Source: an uncultured Thermoleophilia bacterium (GTDB lineage: Bacteria > Actinomycetota > Thermoleophilia > UBA2241). Taken from it: 64,000 nt of DNA. This document shows positions 8,416 to 18,964 of this stretch, one piece after another. The stretch covers positions 208,928 through 272,927 of the forward strand of contig CAWFDC010000011.1 of NCBI GenBank assembly GCA_963814545.1. Reading direction: 5' to 3'. The translations under genes were made by a program, and so were the position numbers. The notes beneath the pieces were generated by a model, which searched no databases, was not told the DNA's origin, and saw nothing but the letters and a program-made list of their open reading frames with translations. Each line of letters begins with the position of its first letter. The first letter of the stretch is position 1.

Positions 8416-10035
8416 CTACTCCACGTCCACGAAGATCGGGTTCGAGTAGAACCAGAGGTCGGCCCAGCAGCGCTCGTCGTCGTTGAGCGTCGGGTTCTCG
8501 GCCGTCCCGAGCGTCTGTGTCTCGTCCGACCACTCCAGGTAGTCGGCCAGCGGGTTGCCGAGCTCGTCGGTCTGGCCGGGCTCGTTGATGGGCTGGTTCG
8601 TGCCGCGCAGGCGGTAGTACGTGTCCTTGTCGGCGGAGGCCACCGTGTAGGTGACGACGTTCCAGCCGTACTCGTCGACCTCCCACTCATCGGCGTCGAA
8701 GCTGGCCACGATGGCCGTGGTGTCGTTCGTTCGCTTGGTCGTGTACTCCCGGTCCTTCGGTGTGTACTTCTCGCCGACCTCGCCGGCGATCAGGTCGACG
8801 TGGTCGACCTCCGGGTTGTCGCCGTGGTTGTTGAGCTCGTCGGGATCCCTGAACTTGATCGTGATCGTGTAGCTCTCATCCTCGTCGACCGCCAAGGTGC
8901 CGCCCATGGTCGCCGAATCCGCACCATAGCTCGCCCGGAAGTCGAGGCCGTCGATCAGCTGGCCCTCGACCGAGAACGAGTTGCCCGACCTGAGACCGGC
9001 GATGATGCCCTCCCAAGAGAAGTCTTCGACCCAGGTGTAGTCCTTGGAGTACTCGCCGGGCCAGAACTCCTCTTCGGTGTTGTGGAAGTCGGAGTCGCTG
9101 AACATCCACCACTCACGACCCTCGCCGAGCAGCGAGTCCCAGAGGCCGCCGACCTGGGCGACCATGTAGTCGGCGCCGCCGTAGGTGCGCGCCTCGAGCA
9201 GGATGCGGGGCCAGTCGATGACGCGGTCGGCCTTCTTGGTCTTCTTCGACGGCTCGACGTAGATGTCGTCGGCGTCGTAGCCGCCGCGCATCGGCAGCTC
9301 CTTCTGCGAGCCGGGGATGCCGCAGAAGCCGAAGGCGACGTCGGGAGCGGCGTCGTTGAACTCCCGGAGCTGGCCGACCGTCCACTTGAGCGCCCGCGAC
9401 GGATGGCTGGTGATGGCGTAGGTCTCGCCGGCGTAGTTCTCCTGCAGCCAGGTGACGGCGGCGATCGAGCCCGACCACTTGGTGTTCTGCTTGGTCAGCA
9501 GTTCGCCGGTCACCGCGCGGTCTCCGGCGCGGCTCGTGTCGAGATCGAGCTTGTCGAACATGTACTCGAAGTCGCTCATCGCGAACGGCTCATCGCCGAT
9601 GATGCCGACCTTGGCCTCATCCGCGGTGTGCACGCCCCACTCCAGACCCTGGAGGAGAAGCTTCTTCGGGTAGTCAGCCCGCAGGCCTTCCAGCACGGGC
9701 CAGCCGTAGTCGTACTCACCGGTCGGATCTGTCAGCAGCATCTCCCACATCCAGACCTGCACGGGCATGTGAGCCCCGAGCGCGTCTCTCCAGTGGTCGC
9801 CGCCGTGGTCGGCGGTCGCCATCCAGTCGAGCTCGCCGAGGGTGAACGCCTGCCCGAACGTCACGGGCATGGGCTCGTCGCCGTCCGACATCGTGGTGTG
9901 GTTGTGGTGGTCGCCGGTCACCCACTGGCCGAACGCCATGGCGTTCGGCGCCGCGGCCGCCAGCAGCAGCAGGATCAGCGCGGCGCCGAGCACCACCCAT
10001 CGCCACCTCAGAACGGATACGACTGACTCACTCAT
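8416..10035 (-). CDS. Secreted PHP-domain (polymerase/histidinol-phosphatase-like) metallo-phosphoesterase family protein, paralog A
   Basis: Start MSESVVSVLRWRWVVLGAALILLLLAAAAPNAMA is a signal peptide, preceded by RBS AAGGGGGT. It is followed by GDHHNHTTMSDGD (PHP motif I HxH...SDG) and MATADHGG (motif II). The protein is about 538 aa and ends ADLWFYSNPIFVDVE. It is 70-75% identical to the downstream paralog. Confidence 0.55.
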   Translation of the reverse strand: MSESVVSVLRWRWVVLGAALILLLLAAAAPNAMAFGQWVTGDHHNHTTMSDGDEPMPVTFGQAFTLGELDWMATADHGGDHWRDALGAHMPVQVWMWEMLLTDPTGEYDYGWPVLEGLRADYPKKLLLQGLEWGVHTADEAKVGIIGDEPFAMSDFEYMFDKLDLDTSRAGDRAVTGELLTKQNTKWSGSIAAVTWLQENYAGETYAITSHPSRALKWTVGQLREFNDAAPDVAFGFCGIPGSQKELPMRGGYDADDIYVEPSKKTKKADRVIDWPRILLEARTYGGADYMVAQVGGLWDSLLGEGREWWMFSDSDFHNTEEEFWPGEYSKDYTWVEDFSWEGIIAGLRSGNSFSVEGQLIDGLDFRASYGADSATMGGTLAVDEDESYTITIKFRDPDELNNHGDNPEVDHVDLIAGEVGEKYTPKDREYTTKRTNDTTAIVASFDADEWEVDEYGWNVVTYTVASADKDTYYRLRGTNQPINEPGQTDELGNPLADYLEWSDETQTLGTAENPTLNDDERCWADLWFYSNPIFVDVE

Positions 10036-10242
10036 CAGAACCCCCTTCTTGTGACGTACGCCCGCGTCCGACCACGCAACGCAGCGTTCGCGCCGCGGCC
10101 GTGACCGGCCGCATCCCCTCTGCCGCTCTTGTCGGCGAGCGACGTGCCCGCACTGCCACTCATGCCGCCCACATCTACTGGCGGAAGAGTTCGACAGTAC
10201 GCCCAATACTACGTCGCTACAATACCGAGACGCCTAGCCGAG

Positions 10243-10264
10243 TGTCAACACTTGACAGTAGACA
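10243..10264. promoter_or_regulatory. Operator-like palindrome site A: TGTCAACACTTGACAGTAGAC
   Basis: An inverted repeat TGTCAA-N3-TTGACA sits about 208 bp upstream of the PHP gene A start. It belongs to the GACTGTCGACAGTC motif family seen at seven other promoters. Confidence 0.5.
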
Positions 10265-10359
10265 CCGCGTGCCGGAGAGGGGTCGACCGCGTCGGGCGCG
10301 AGCAGGCCTTCTGTCGAGTCCAGCGGCGCCCTCTCGAACCGGGCCCGCGGGGGAGGCGA

Positions 10360-10391
10360 CGAGGGAGGGCGCCGTCCGGCGCCCTCCCTCG
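10360..10391 (-). terminator. Perfect GC hairpin CGAGGGAGGGCGCC-gtcc-GGCGCCCTCCCTCG downstream of PHP gene B
   Basis: A 14-bp perfect inverted repeat lies 30 nt after the 10422 stop. It is paralogous to the hairpin at 8355. Confidence 0.55.
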
Positions 10392-10421
10392 TCGTTCGAT
10401 GCTTGTTCGCTGGGGTCGTGC

Positions 10422-12008
10422 TCAGTCCACGTCCACGAAAATCGGGTTCGAGTAGAACCAGAGGTCGGCCCAGCAGCGCTCGTCGTCGTTGAGCGTCGGG
10501 TTCTCGGCGGTGCCGCCGTCCTCCAGGTAGTCGGCCAGCGGATTGCCGAGCTCGTCGGTCTGGCCGGGCTCGTTGATGGGCTGGTTGGTGCCGCGCAGGC
10601 GGTAGTACATGTCCTTGTCGGCTGCGGCCACCGTGTAGGTGACGACGTTCCAGCCGTCCTCGACCACCCACTCGCTCGAGTCGAAGCTCGCGGCGATGGT
10701 CGTGGTGCTGTTGGTGTCCTTGGTCAGGTACTCCTTGTCCCGCGGGATGTAGCGCTTGCCGACCTCGCCGGCGATCAGGTCGACGTGGTCGACCTCCGGG
10801 ACGTCGCCGTGGTTGTTGACCGCCGGGCTCTTGAACTTGATGGTGATCGTGTAGCTCTCGTCGTCGTCGACCTCGAGGGTGCCGCCCATGGGGGCCGTGG
10901 CCTCACCGTCGCTCGCCCGGAAGTCGAGGCCGTCGATCAGCTGGCCCTCGACCGAGAACGAGTTGCCGGAGCGCAGGCCGGCGATGATGCCCTCGGCCGT
11001 ATAGCTATCGACCCAGGTGTGGTCCTTGGAGTACTCGCCGGGCCAGAACTCCTCTTCGGTGTTGTGGAAGTCGGAGTCGCTGAACATCCACCACTCACGA
11101 CCCTCGCCGAGCAGCGAGTCCCAGAGGCCGCCGACCTGGGCGACCATGTAGTCGGCGCCGCCGTAGGTGCGCGCCTCGAGCAGGATGCGGGGCCAGTCGA
11201 TGACGCGGCTGGCCTTCTTGTTCTTCGACACGACGTAGATCTCGTCCTCGTCGTAGCCGCCGCGCATCGGCAGCTCCTTCTGAGAGCCGGGGATGCCGCA
11301 GAAGCCGAAGGCGACGTCGGGAGCGGCGTCGTTGAACTGCCGGAGCTGGCCGACCGTCCACTTCAGCGCCCGCGACGGGTGGCTGGTGATGGCGTAGGTC
11401 TGGCCGGCGTAGTTCGCCTGCAGCCAAGAGACGGCGGCGAGCGAGCCCGTCCAGCTCGTGTTCTGCTTGGTCAGCAACTCGCCGGTAACTGCGGACTCTC
11501 CGGCGCGGCTCGTGTCGAGATCGAGCTTGTCGAACATGTACTCGAAGTCGCTCATCGCGAACGGCTCATCACCGATGATGGCGACCTTGGCCTCGTCGGC
11601 GCTGTCGACACCCCACTCGCAACCCTGGAGGACGACCTTGTCCGGATACGCGGCGCGCTGGGTCAACAGCACGGGCCAACCGTAGTCGTACACACCGGTC
11701 GGGTCGGTCAGGAACATCTGCCACATCCACACCGAGGCGGGGAGCTTCACGCCCAGCGCGTCCTTCATCGACAGGCCACCGTGGTCGGCACTCGCCATCC
11801 AGTCGAGCGCGCCGATGCCGAAGGCGTGTTCCACCAACTCGGGGAACGTAGCGTCACCGTCGGACATGCGCGTGTGACTGTGGTGGTCACCGGTCACCCA
11901 CTGACCGGCCAAGGCGTCGGGAGCGGCCGACGCTAGCGCCACCAAGAGCAGCACCACTGCGAGGGCGAGCCATCGCCACCTGACTAAGGATGCTAACGAT
12001 TGAGCCAC
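10422..12008 (-). CDS. Secreted PHP-domain metallo-phosphoesterase family protein, paralog B
   Basis: A GTG start is preceded by the strong RBS AAGGAGGGGG. The signal peptide is MAQSLASLVRWRWLALAVVLLLVALASAAPDALA, followed by GDHHSHTRMSDGD and MASADHGG. The C-terminus ERCWADLWFYSNPIFVDVD is nearly identical to paralog A. Confidence 0.55.
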   Translation of the reverse strand: MAQSLASLVRWRWLALAVVLLLVALASAAPDALAGQWVTGDHHSHTRMSDGDATFPELVEHAFGIGALDWMASADHGGLSMKDALGVKLPASVWMWQMFLTDPTGVYDYGWPVLLTQRAAYPDKVVLQGCEWGVDSADEAKVAIIGDEPFAMSDFEYMFDKLDLDTSRAGESAVTGELLTKQNTSWTGSLAAVSWLQANYAGQTYAITSHPSRALKWTVGQLRQFNDAAPDVAFGFCGIPGSQKELPMRGGYDEDEIYVVSKNKKASRVIDWPRILLEARTYGGADYMVAQVGGLWDSLLGEGREWWMFSDSDFHNTEEEFWPGEYSKDHTWVDSYTAEGIIAGLRSGNSFSVEGQLIDGLDFRASDGEATAPMGGTLEVDDDESYTITIKFKSPAVNNHGDVPEVDHVDLIAGEVGKRYIPRDKEYLTKDTNSTTTIAASFDSSEWVVEDGWNVVTYTVAAADKDMYYRLRGTNQPINEPGQTDELGNPLADYLEDGGTAENPTLNDDERCWADLWFYSNPIFVDVD

Positions 12009-12206
12009 GAGATCCCCCTCCTTCTCCTGTAGGGCTCCTGCGACAGACCGCGCCGCGCAGCGTCGGCGCTGCGGTGGCGGTCGGCCGCACCCCCCCTGCC
12101 GCTCTCTTCCTGGGCGAGCGACATACCCACACTGCGCTGCTCAAGGCTCCACACTGCAGCAGGGACGCAAGAGTCGCGCGCTGCGCCCTCAGAGTGCGTC
12201 GCCACA

Positions 12207-13374
12207 CTACCGACTGGATTGTCGACTGTCAACACTCAGCCGTCGAACGGACGATCCGCGACGGGCGGGAGCGGGTGGATGTACCCCTGGCGCGGGGCAG
12301 TGTGACGACTCCCGACGCCGGACGCCAAAGAGGCAGGCCGGGCGGCGGCGCACGCTGCGCTGCGCCGCCCGGCCTGCCTGTTGGCGCAGTCTGATGCTCA
12401 TCTTGCCCGACTTGATGACGCCCCACATCCACTCCGTCATCGCCTGCTGCTCGGCGATCAGGTCGTACCGGGTCTCGCCGCTCACGACGAGGCCGCCACA
12501 CTCGTGGTCGACGGTAAGGACCTTGTCCCGGCTCAGGATGCCGAGGACCGCCTCGGTGAGCTGCGGCAGCATCGGCTGCTTGCGGACGGCCTCCTCTTCC
12601 TCACGGTCGAGCGTGTAGGCGAGGACGTTCTTGCCGATGATGCCGTACATCTTGTCAGGCCAGACGCCGCTTCTGAGGTAGGGCCTGAGTCCCCTGAAGT
12701 CGTTCACGTACGTGACGCCAGGCTGATCCATGAGGATCGACGACGAGCCCCAGCCGCCACTGAACAGCGCCTCGGTGCCCGGGTCGTCGGGGTCCGTGTC
12801 CTGGTCCCTCAGCTGCTCGGTGATAGACACGTCGCCGCCGTCCTCCACGAGGGAGGCGAACACCGCCGGCGTCGCGTCCGAGAGCTCGAGATCGGTGACA
12901 AGGCCGGTGGCCTTGCCGACCGACTCGGCGCGCTCGAGGACGGTCTCCCACTCCTCGATCTCGCCGCTTGCCGGACTCGGGCCCATCGCGACCCAGTCGT
13001 TCCATGTCGTCATGCCCGTCGAGAGCCGTCCCTCCGGCCGCGACGTCAGTGACTGCCGTGTCGTCGGACAGAGAATCGTCAGGGTCGCCGAGCGACCTCG
13101 TGTCGGTGTTGCCCTCGCCGCCCCACGGTATGTCGTCGATCAGCAGCGAGCCGCCGTTGAGTTGCCGGCCGACCTCGAGGTGGTCGACGGCCATGCCGTC
13201 ACCGATGAAGAGCATCACGTTGTCGACGCCCTCGAGCGGCGACGATTCCGGGACCGGGCCGGCAGCAGCCGCCTTGCCCTACCCGGCGGCCAGCCCGACG
13301 GCGGTGAGCAGTGCGAGGGAGGTGACCACCGCCACGACGACCCCGAGACCGGAACGCTGATGATGCCCGCTCAT
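12207..13374 (-). pseudogene. phoA: Alkaline phosphatase (PhoA family) decayed: in-frame TAG, frameshift, active-site Ser replaced, C-terminus truncated
   Basis: The signal peptide MSGHHQRSGLGVVVAVVTSLALLTAVGLAAG is followed immediately by TAG (~13279). Next come NVMLFIGDGMAVDH (the E. coli IILLIGDGMG region) and VTDVAAGGTAL where E. coli has VTDSAASATAW, so the Ser nucleophile is Val. A frame switch near 13015 leads to GKATGLVTDLELSDATPAVFASLVE and GDVSITEQLRD, which match PhoA. The ORF ends soon after LTVDHECGG. Confidence 0.6.
12217..12235. promoter_or_regulatory. Operator-like site B: GATTGTCGACTGTCAACAC
   Basis: Tandem TGTCGAC and TGTCAAC heptads lie about 210 bp upstream of the PHP gene B start and directly after the phoA remnant. 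Confidence 0.5.
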
Positions 13375-13578
13375 CGCTTCCCTCTTCCCCTTGGCGCCGC
13401 GCATCCGGCGAAGCGGCGAGCATAGGTTCACGACACTCGCAGCGCTACGCGCAGACTTCCGATTCGGCAAGGAACGCGACACCGGCGCCTCCTTCGGCAC
13501 CGGCACGACCCGCCGTGAGAATGTCACCCGCGCTGCCCTGAGCCGACCTTGGCCATCTCGCGGTGCCCGCCCCCGCCC

Positions 13579-14079
13579 TCAGGCCGAGGCCGCCTCCTTG
13601 TCCATCTTGTCGACCTTCAGGTCGACGGCGAGCACGTGCGGGTTCTGGCAGAAGGCGATGCACTGGGGCTCGCCGTCGCAGAGGTCGCACTTGAAGGCGA
13701 CCTGCCTGTCGGGGTGCTCGTGGATGACCCCGGTGGGGCAGACCTCGTAGCACTCGCCGCAGTTCGTGCACTTCGCCTCGTCGACCGTGAGCACGTAGCC
13801 CTTGACGACCTCGCCGTGCTTCGCCTTGCCCGGGTAGTCGCCCTTGACGGTGACCGTGATCTCCTTCGTCACGATGGCGTCCTCGGGGCAGGCCTCCTGG
13901 CACTTGGCGCAGGCGGTCTGCAGGCAGGTGTGACCGCGGATCTTGCCGGTCGTCGGGTTGACCTCGGAGAACAGGCGGGCGACCGAGGGCCGGTAGGCGC
14001 CCTCGTGCTGGGCCGAGCAGGCGAGCTCGCACATGTGGCAGCCGGTGCACTTCTTCGAGCTGATCATCACGTGAGGCAT
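13579..14079 (-). CDS. Poly-[4Fe-4S] ferredoxin-like protein, probable electron-transfer partner of the oxidoreductase
   Basis: Start MPHVMISSKK has RBS GAAGGGAAG. Four Cys clusters are present: CTGCHMCELAC, CAKCQEACP, CTNCGECYEVCP and CDLCDGEPQCIAFC. It lies immediately downstream of the oxidoreductase. Confidence 0.75.
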   Translation of the reverse strand: MPHVMISSKKCTGCHMCELACSAQHEGAYRPSVARLFSEVNPTTGKIRGHTCLQTACAKCQEACPEDAIVTKEITVTVKGDYPGKAKHGEVVKGYVLTVDEAKCTNCGECYEVCPTGVIHEHPDRQVAFKCDLCDGEPQCIAFCQNPHVLAVDLKVDKMDKEAASA

Positions 14080-14113
14080 GTGATCTTCCCTTCGTCTCTC
14101 GTGGACCGGCCGG

Positions 14114-15913
14114 CTAGAGGCGCACGTCGATGCCGAGCTCTGAGAGCTTGGCCTCTGAGGGGACGCCGTGCTCGTCCCAGCCGCGGAGGGTGTAGTACTC
14201 CTGGAGGACCCGGGCGAACTCGTCGCGATCGATGACCTGACCGGCGGCTGCGCCGTCCGAGAACGGCTGCACGTGCATGCGCTCCGGCACAGTGTCATCG
14301 GCCGACGTGAGCCCCTCACGCAGGTTGAACAGGCGCCCGAGGTTCCAGATGCGCTCACCGATCTGCATCAGCTCGTCGCGCGAGAACTCCCGGGCCCAGA
14401 GATGCCGCATGAGGATGCCGATCTGCTCGAGGTCGATGGCCCAGAAGTCGCACCAGATGCCGCTGAACTTGAGCGCGAAGAAGTTCTGGCCCCCAGCCTC
14501 GGCGTTGACGACCCAATCGGCCTTGCCCTCGAAAGTGGCGGCCGGCATCGAGCCCTCGACGATCTCCTGCCCGACGGGGAACGACCGCATGTGGCAGGCG
14601 CCTCGATCGGAGGTCGCGTAGCTGAGGGCCATGCCGAAGGCGCCGCGCGGGTCGTAGCCCGGCACCTCCATGTTCTTGACCTGCATGGCGAGCTCGGGGT
14701 GGCCGTACTTCGCGGCCAGGGCTTTGGCGCCCAGCGCGAGCTCGGCGCCGATGCCCTCGCGACCTGCCATCAGCTCCGCGGCTTCCAGGTACCCCCGGGT
14801 GTCACCAAAGGCGAGACCGAACTCGGCGTAGCCCTTCTCGCAGAGGTCCATGGCGAGACCCACGACCGAGCCCGAGGAGATGGTGTCCATGCCGAGCTCG
14901 TCACAGAGCTCGTTGAACTTCATCAGGGCGTCGATGTCGTCGATGCCGCAGTTCGCGCCGCAGAGGGCGATGGTCTCGTACTCGGGGCCCTCGCCGCGCA
15001 CCTCCTTGCCGGCCCACTTCGTGGCGTGGAAGTTGCGACAGGCGATCGCGCACTGGTAGCAGGCCCGCTTCTTGGCGCGGATCTTCTGGAACGACTCCGA
15101 GTTGATCTTGTCCGCGCCCTCGAAGACGCCGGCCGAGAAGTTGCGCGTCGGCAGAGCGCCGCCGCCGTTGATCACGTCGACCAGCACCGGCGTGCCCTCT
15201 TCGTGCGCCCACAGGTTGGTGTCGGTGAGGATGTAGTCCTCGTGCATCCTGTACATCAGGTCGAGGAACGCCTTGGCGTCGCCCACCGGCACCGAGCCCG
15301 TGCCGCGGATGGCCACGGCCTTCACGTTCTTCATGCCCATGAGCGCGCCGGCCCCGCCGCGGCCGGCCTTGTGGTATTGGTCGGTCGACAGGCAGGCCCA
15401 GGGGATCCTGCTCTCACCGGCGGGTCCGATCGACAGCACCTTGGCGTCGCGGTCCAGGTCGTTGCGCAACGCCTCCTCGACCGCGGACGTCATCATGCCG
15501 AGATAGCGCCCTGCCGGCCGGAACTCGACCCCGTCGTCGCAGATCCAGACCACCGTGGGCTCAAGCGCCTCGCCCGTCAGGATGATGATGTCGTAGCCGG
15601 CGAACTTCATCTCGGGGGCGAAGGATCCGCCCACGTAGGAGTCAAGGATCGTCCCGGTCGTCGGGCTCTTGCAGCCCACCACGAGGCGCGACGACGTGGT
15701 CACGTTGGTGCCGGCGAACGGCCCAGTGACGAGCAGCAGGGGGTTGTCGGGTGATGTGGGATCAAGCCCGGGAGCGACCTCGTCCCAGAGGTAGCGAAAG
15801 AGGAGTCCCTTCCCGCCCAGGTAGAGTCGTGCCCAGTCCATGTTCAGCGGCTCGACGGCGGCGCTCTGGGCACACAGGTCGATCCTGAGCACCTTGCCGG
15901 TGTAGAAGTCCAC
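14114..15913 (-). CDS. aor: Tungsten/molybdopterin aldehyde:ferredoxin oxidoreductase (AOR family)
   Basis: The approximately 600-aa ORF has the AOR N-terminal domain (FYTGKVLRIDL...YLGGKGLLFRYL) and the family-typical Cys-rich stretch KRACYQCAIACRNFHA. It ends SEAKLSELGIDVRL. A GTG start at ~15913 follows GGAAGGAG. Confidence 0.75.
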   Translation of the reverse strand: MDFYTGKVLRIDLCAQSAAVEPLNMDWARLYLGGKGLLFRYLWDEVAPGLDPTSPDNPLLLVTGPFAGTNVTTSSRLVVGCKSPTTGTILDSYVGGSFAPEMKFAGYDIIILTGEALEPTVVWICDDGVEFRPAGRYLGMMTSAVEEALRNDLDRDAKVLSIGPAGESRIPWACLSTDQYHKAGRGGAGALMGMKNVKAVAIRGTGSVPVGDAKAFLDLMYRMHEDYILTDTNLWAHEEGTPVLVDVINGGGALPTRNFSAGVFEGADKINSESFQKIRAKKRACYQCAIACRNFHATKWAGKEVRGEGPEYETIALCGANCGIDDIDALMKFNELCDELGMDTISSGSVVGLAMDLCEKGYAEFGLAFGDTRGYLEAAELMAGREGIGAELALGAKALAAKYGHPELAMQVKNMEVPGYDPRGAFGMALSYATSDRGACHMRSFPVGQEIVEGSMPAATFEGKADWVVNAEAGGQNFFALKFSGIWCDFWAIDLEQIGILMRHLWAREFSRDELMQIGERIWNLGRLFNLREGLTSADDTVPERMHVQPFSDGAAAGQVIDRDEFARVLQEYYTLRGWDEHGVPSEAKLSELGIDVRL

Positions 15914-15978
15914 GACTGACACGCTCCTTCCGATGGGTGGTCGTGACGCGACGCACTGAGCCGGCAGCGCCAGCGGTC

Positions 15979-17120
<1,142 letters not shown>

Positions 17121-17147
17121 TGTCGCCTCCTCGTGCACCGGCCGCAG

Positions 17148-18045
17148 CTCAGTCCAGCTGGTTGAGTTTGGTCAGGAAGTAGGCGATCACCGCGATCACC
17201 GCCATCGCCGCCGAGCATGAGCAGGCTCAGGGCGGATCCGGTACCCCAATCGCCGATGACGACCATGAGGTCGGCCACGGAGTTGCCGAGCATGTAGGAC
17301 GACGTACCGCCGACGAGGCCGGGGGTGGCGAAGTCCGTGAACAGCGGGATGTAGACGAGGATCACCGCCACGAAGATGCCGGGTGCCGCCAGCGGGAGCA
17401 GGATACGGCGCCAGCGCGTGAACCAGCTGGCGCCGAGATCGGTCGCCGCCTCGAAGAGGCTCGGGTTGATCGCCTTCATGGACGCGTAGATGGGCAGGGC
17501 GCAGTAGTTCACCCAGCTCGTCGACAGCACCAGGATCACCGAGAACTTGGTGAACAACAGCCAGTCGACCGGGACGTTGACGATGCCGGTCCACATCAGG
17601 AAGTCGTTGATCAACCCCTCCCGCCCCAGCAGCATGCGCCAGGCGTAGATGCGCACGATGGGGTTGAGCTCGTCGACGAGCACCAGCAGGAGCAGGAGCG
17701 GAAGCTCCCAACGGCCCGCCTTGAAGGCGATGAAGTACGCGAGAGGAAAGGCGATGACAAGCTGAACGGCCATCGCCGTGCTGGCCATGATCAGCGTGTC
17801 CCTGGCCACGCCGCGGTAGATCGGGTCGGTGAAGAGGTTGCGGAAGTTGTCGAGCGTCCAGCCGGTCTGGAACCCGTAGAGCGTCTCGTGCGGAAGCTCA
17901 TGATCAGCAGGATGACCAGCGGCGCGATGAAGAACAGCGCCAGGACCGCCAGCGGACTCGTCAGAAACGCCACCGGGCGCAGCGTCTTGACCGCCCGGGC
18001 GCGCAGGTGGCGGCCCTCGGAGACAGGCGGAGCCATGCTGGCCAT
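17148..18045 (-). pseudogene. potB: ABC transporter permease (PotB-like) with two single-nt frameshifts
   Basis: The N-terminus [51 protein letters not shown] switches frame (~17895, missing C in a CCC run) into [20 protein letters not shown]...[11 protein letters not shown]...[26 protein letters not shown]. The C-terminus [17 protein letters not shown] switches again (~17205) to the predicted end [19 protein letters not shown]. The ATG overlaps the potC stop (TGATG). Confidence 0.65.
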
Positions 18046-18962
18046 CAGCGGATCGTCTCCATGAGAGCGTCGGTCTTCTCCTTGGAGGTCCGGGCGCCGG
18101 CGCGCCAGGTGATCAGCACCCAAGCCCCGTAGACGAGCCCGACCTCGGCGATCGAGACGAGCGTGGAGATCGCGTTGACGACGGGCAGGTTCCTGGCGTG
18201 CCGCAGGGTGGAGTACACCCAGACCGGGAAGAGCCGGTCGAAGCCACCCACGAAGTAGGAGATCTCGAAGTTGTTGAACGACCACGAGAAGGCGAGGATG
18301 AAGGACGCGATGAGCGCCGGTGCGACATGGGGCAGCAGGACGTGGCGCAGGACCTGGAGTTGGGACGCCCCGAGGTCGATGGCCGACTCCTCCTGGGTGC
18401 GATCGAAGCGCGCCAGGCTCGCCGCGACGAGCACCGTGACCAGGGGGAACGTGACCACGATGTGCATGGGCACGACCGTGGCCCACGACAGCGCCAGTCC
18501 AACTTTGTTGAAGTAGATGAGCGCGCTGATGCCGATCACGAGCCAGGGCACGACGAGGGGCGCGGCCAGCACCATGGCGGCCGGGCCGCGCAGCCTGAAG
18601 CGCAGGCGCGTGATGGGGTAGGCGGCGAGGGTCCCCAGAAGGACGCTCACCGGCGCCACGACGCCCGCCACGAGCACCGAGTTGCGGATGGCCTCTCGGA
18701 GGTTCGCGTTGCCGAGGGCGTCCTTGTACCACTCCAGCGTGAAGCCGCTCCAGGGCAGCGAGAAGACGATGGAATCGTTGAACGAGAACACCGCCAGCAT
18801 GACGAGCGGGCCATAGAGCACGATGATGAACGCGACAGCGTAGATACGCCCACCGACGCCGTCCAGCCCGCGCGCTACACGGAGACCGAACGGCTTGCGG
18901 CCCTGAGGTGCGGAGCCGTCGCGCCGAGGCGGCGCGACGGCTCCCGGTGACACGGTCTCGGC
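18045..18962 (-). CDS. potC: ABC transporter permease (PotC-like), apparently intact
   Basis: A continuous approximately 300-aa ORF has six TM segments and the EAA-like motif [26 protein letters not shown]. The GTG start at ~18962 follows GAGGAG. Confidence 0.7.
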   Translation of the reverse strand, partial: AETVSPGAVAPPRRDGSAPQGRKPFGLRVARGLDGVGGRIYAVAFIIVLYGPLVMLAVFSFNDSIVFSLPWSGFTLEWYKDALGNANLREAIRNSVLVAGVVAPVSVLLGTLAAYPITRLRFRLRGPAAMVLAAPLVVPWLVIGISALIYFNKVGLALSWATVVPMHIVVTFPLVTVLVAASLARFDRTQEESAIDLGASQLQVLRHVLLPHVAPALIASFILAFSWSFNNFEISYFVGGFDRLFPVWVYSTLRHARNLPVVNAISTLVSIAEVGLVYGAWVLITWRAGARTSKEKTDALMETIR

Positions 18963-18964
18963 CA

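Noticed and set aside
13279-13281. Reading the TAG after the phoA signal peptide as a recoded codon (analogous to the UGA-Sec sites)
   Set aside because: Amber recoding (Pyl) needs pylTSBCD and is not suggested by anything else here. The gene also carries a frameshift, a truncation and an active-site substitution, so simple inactivation is the better explanation.
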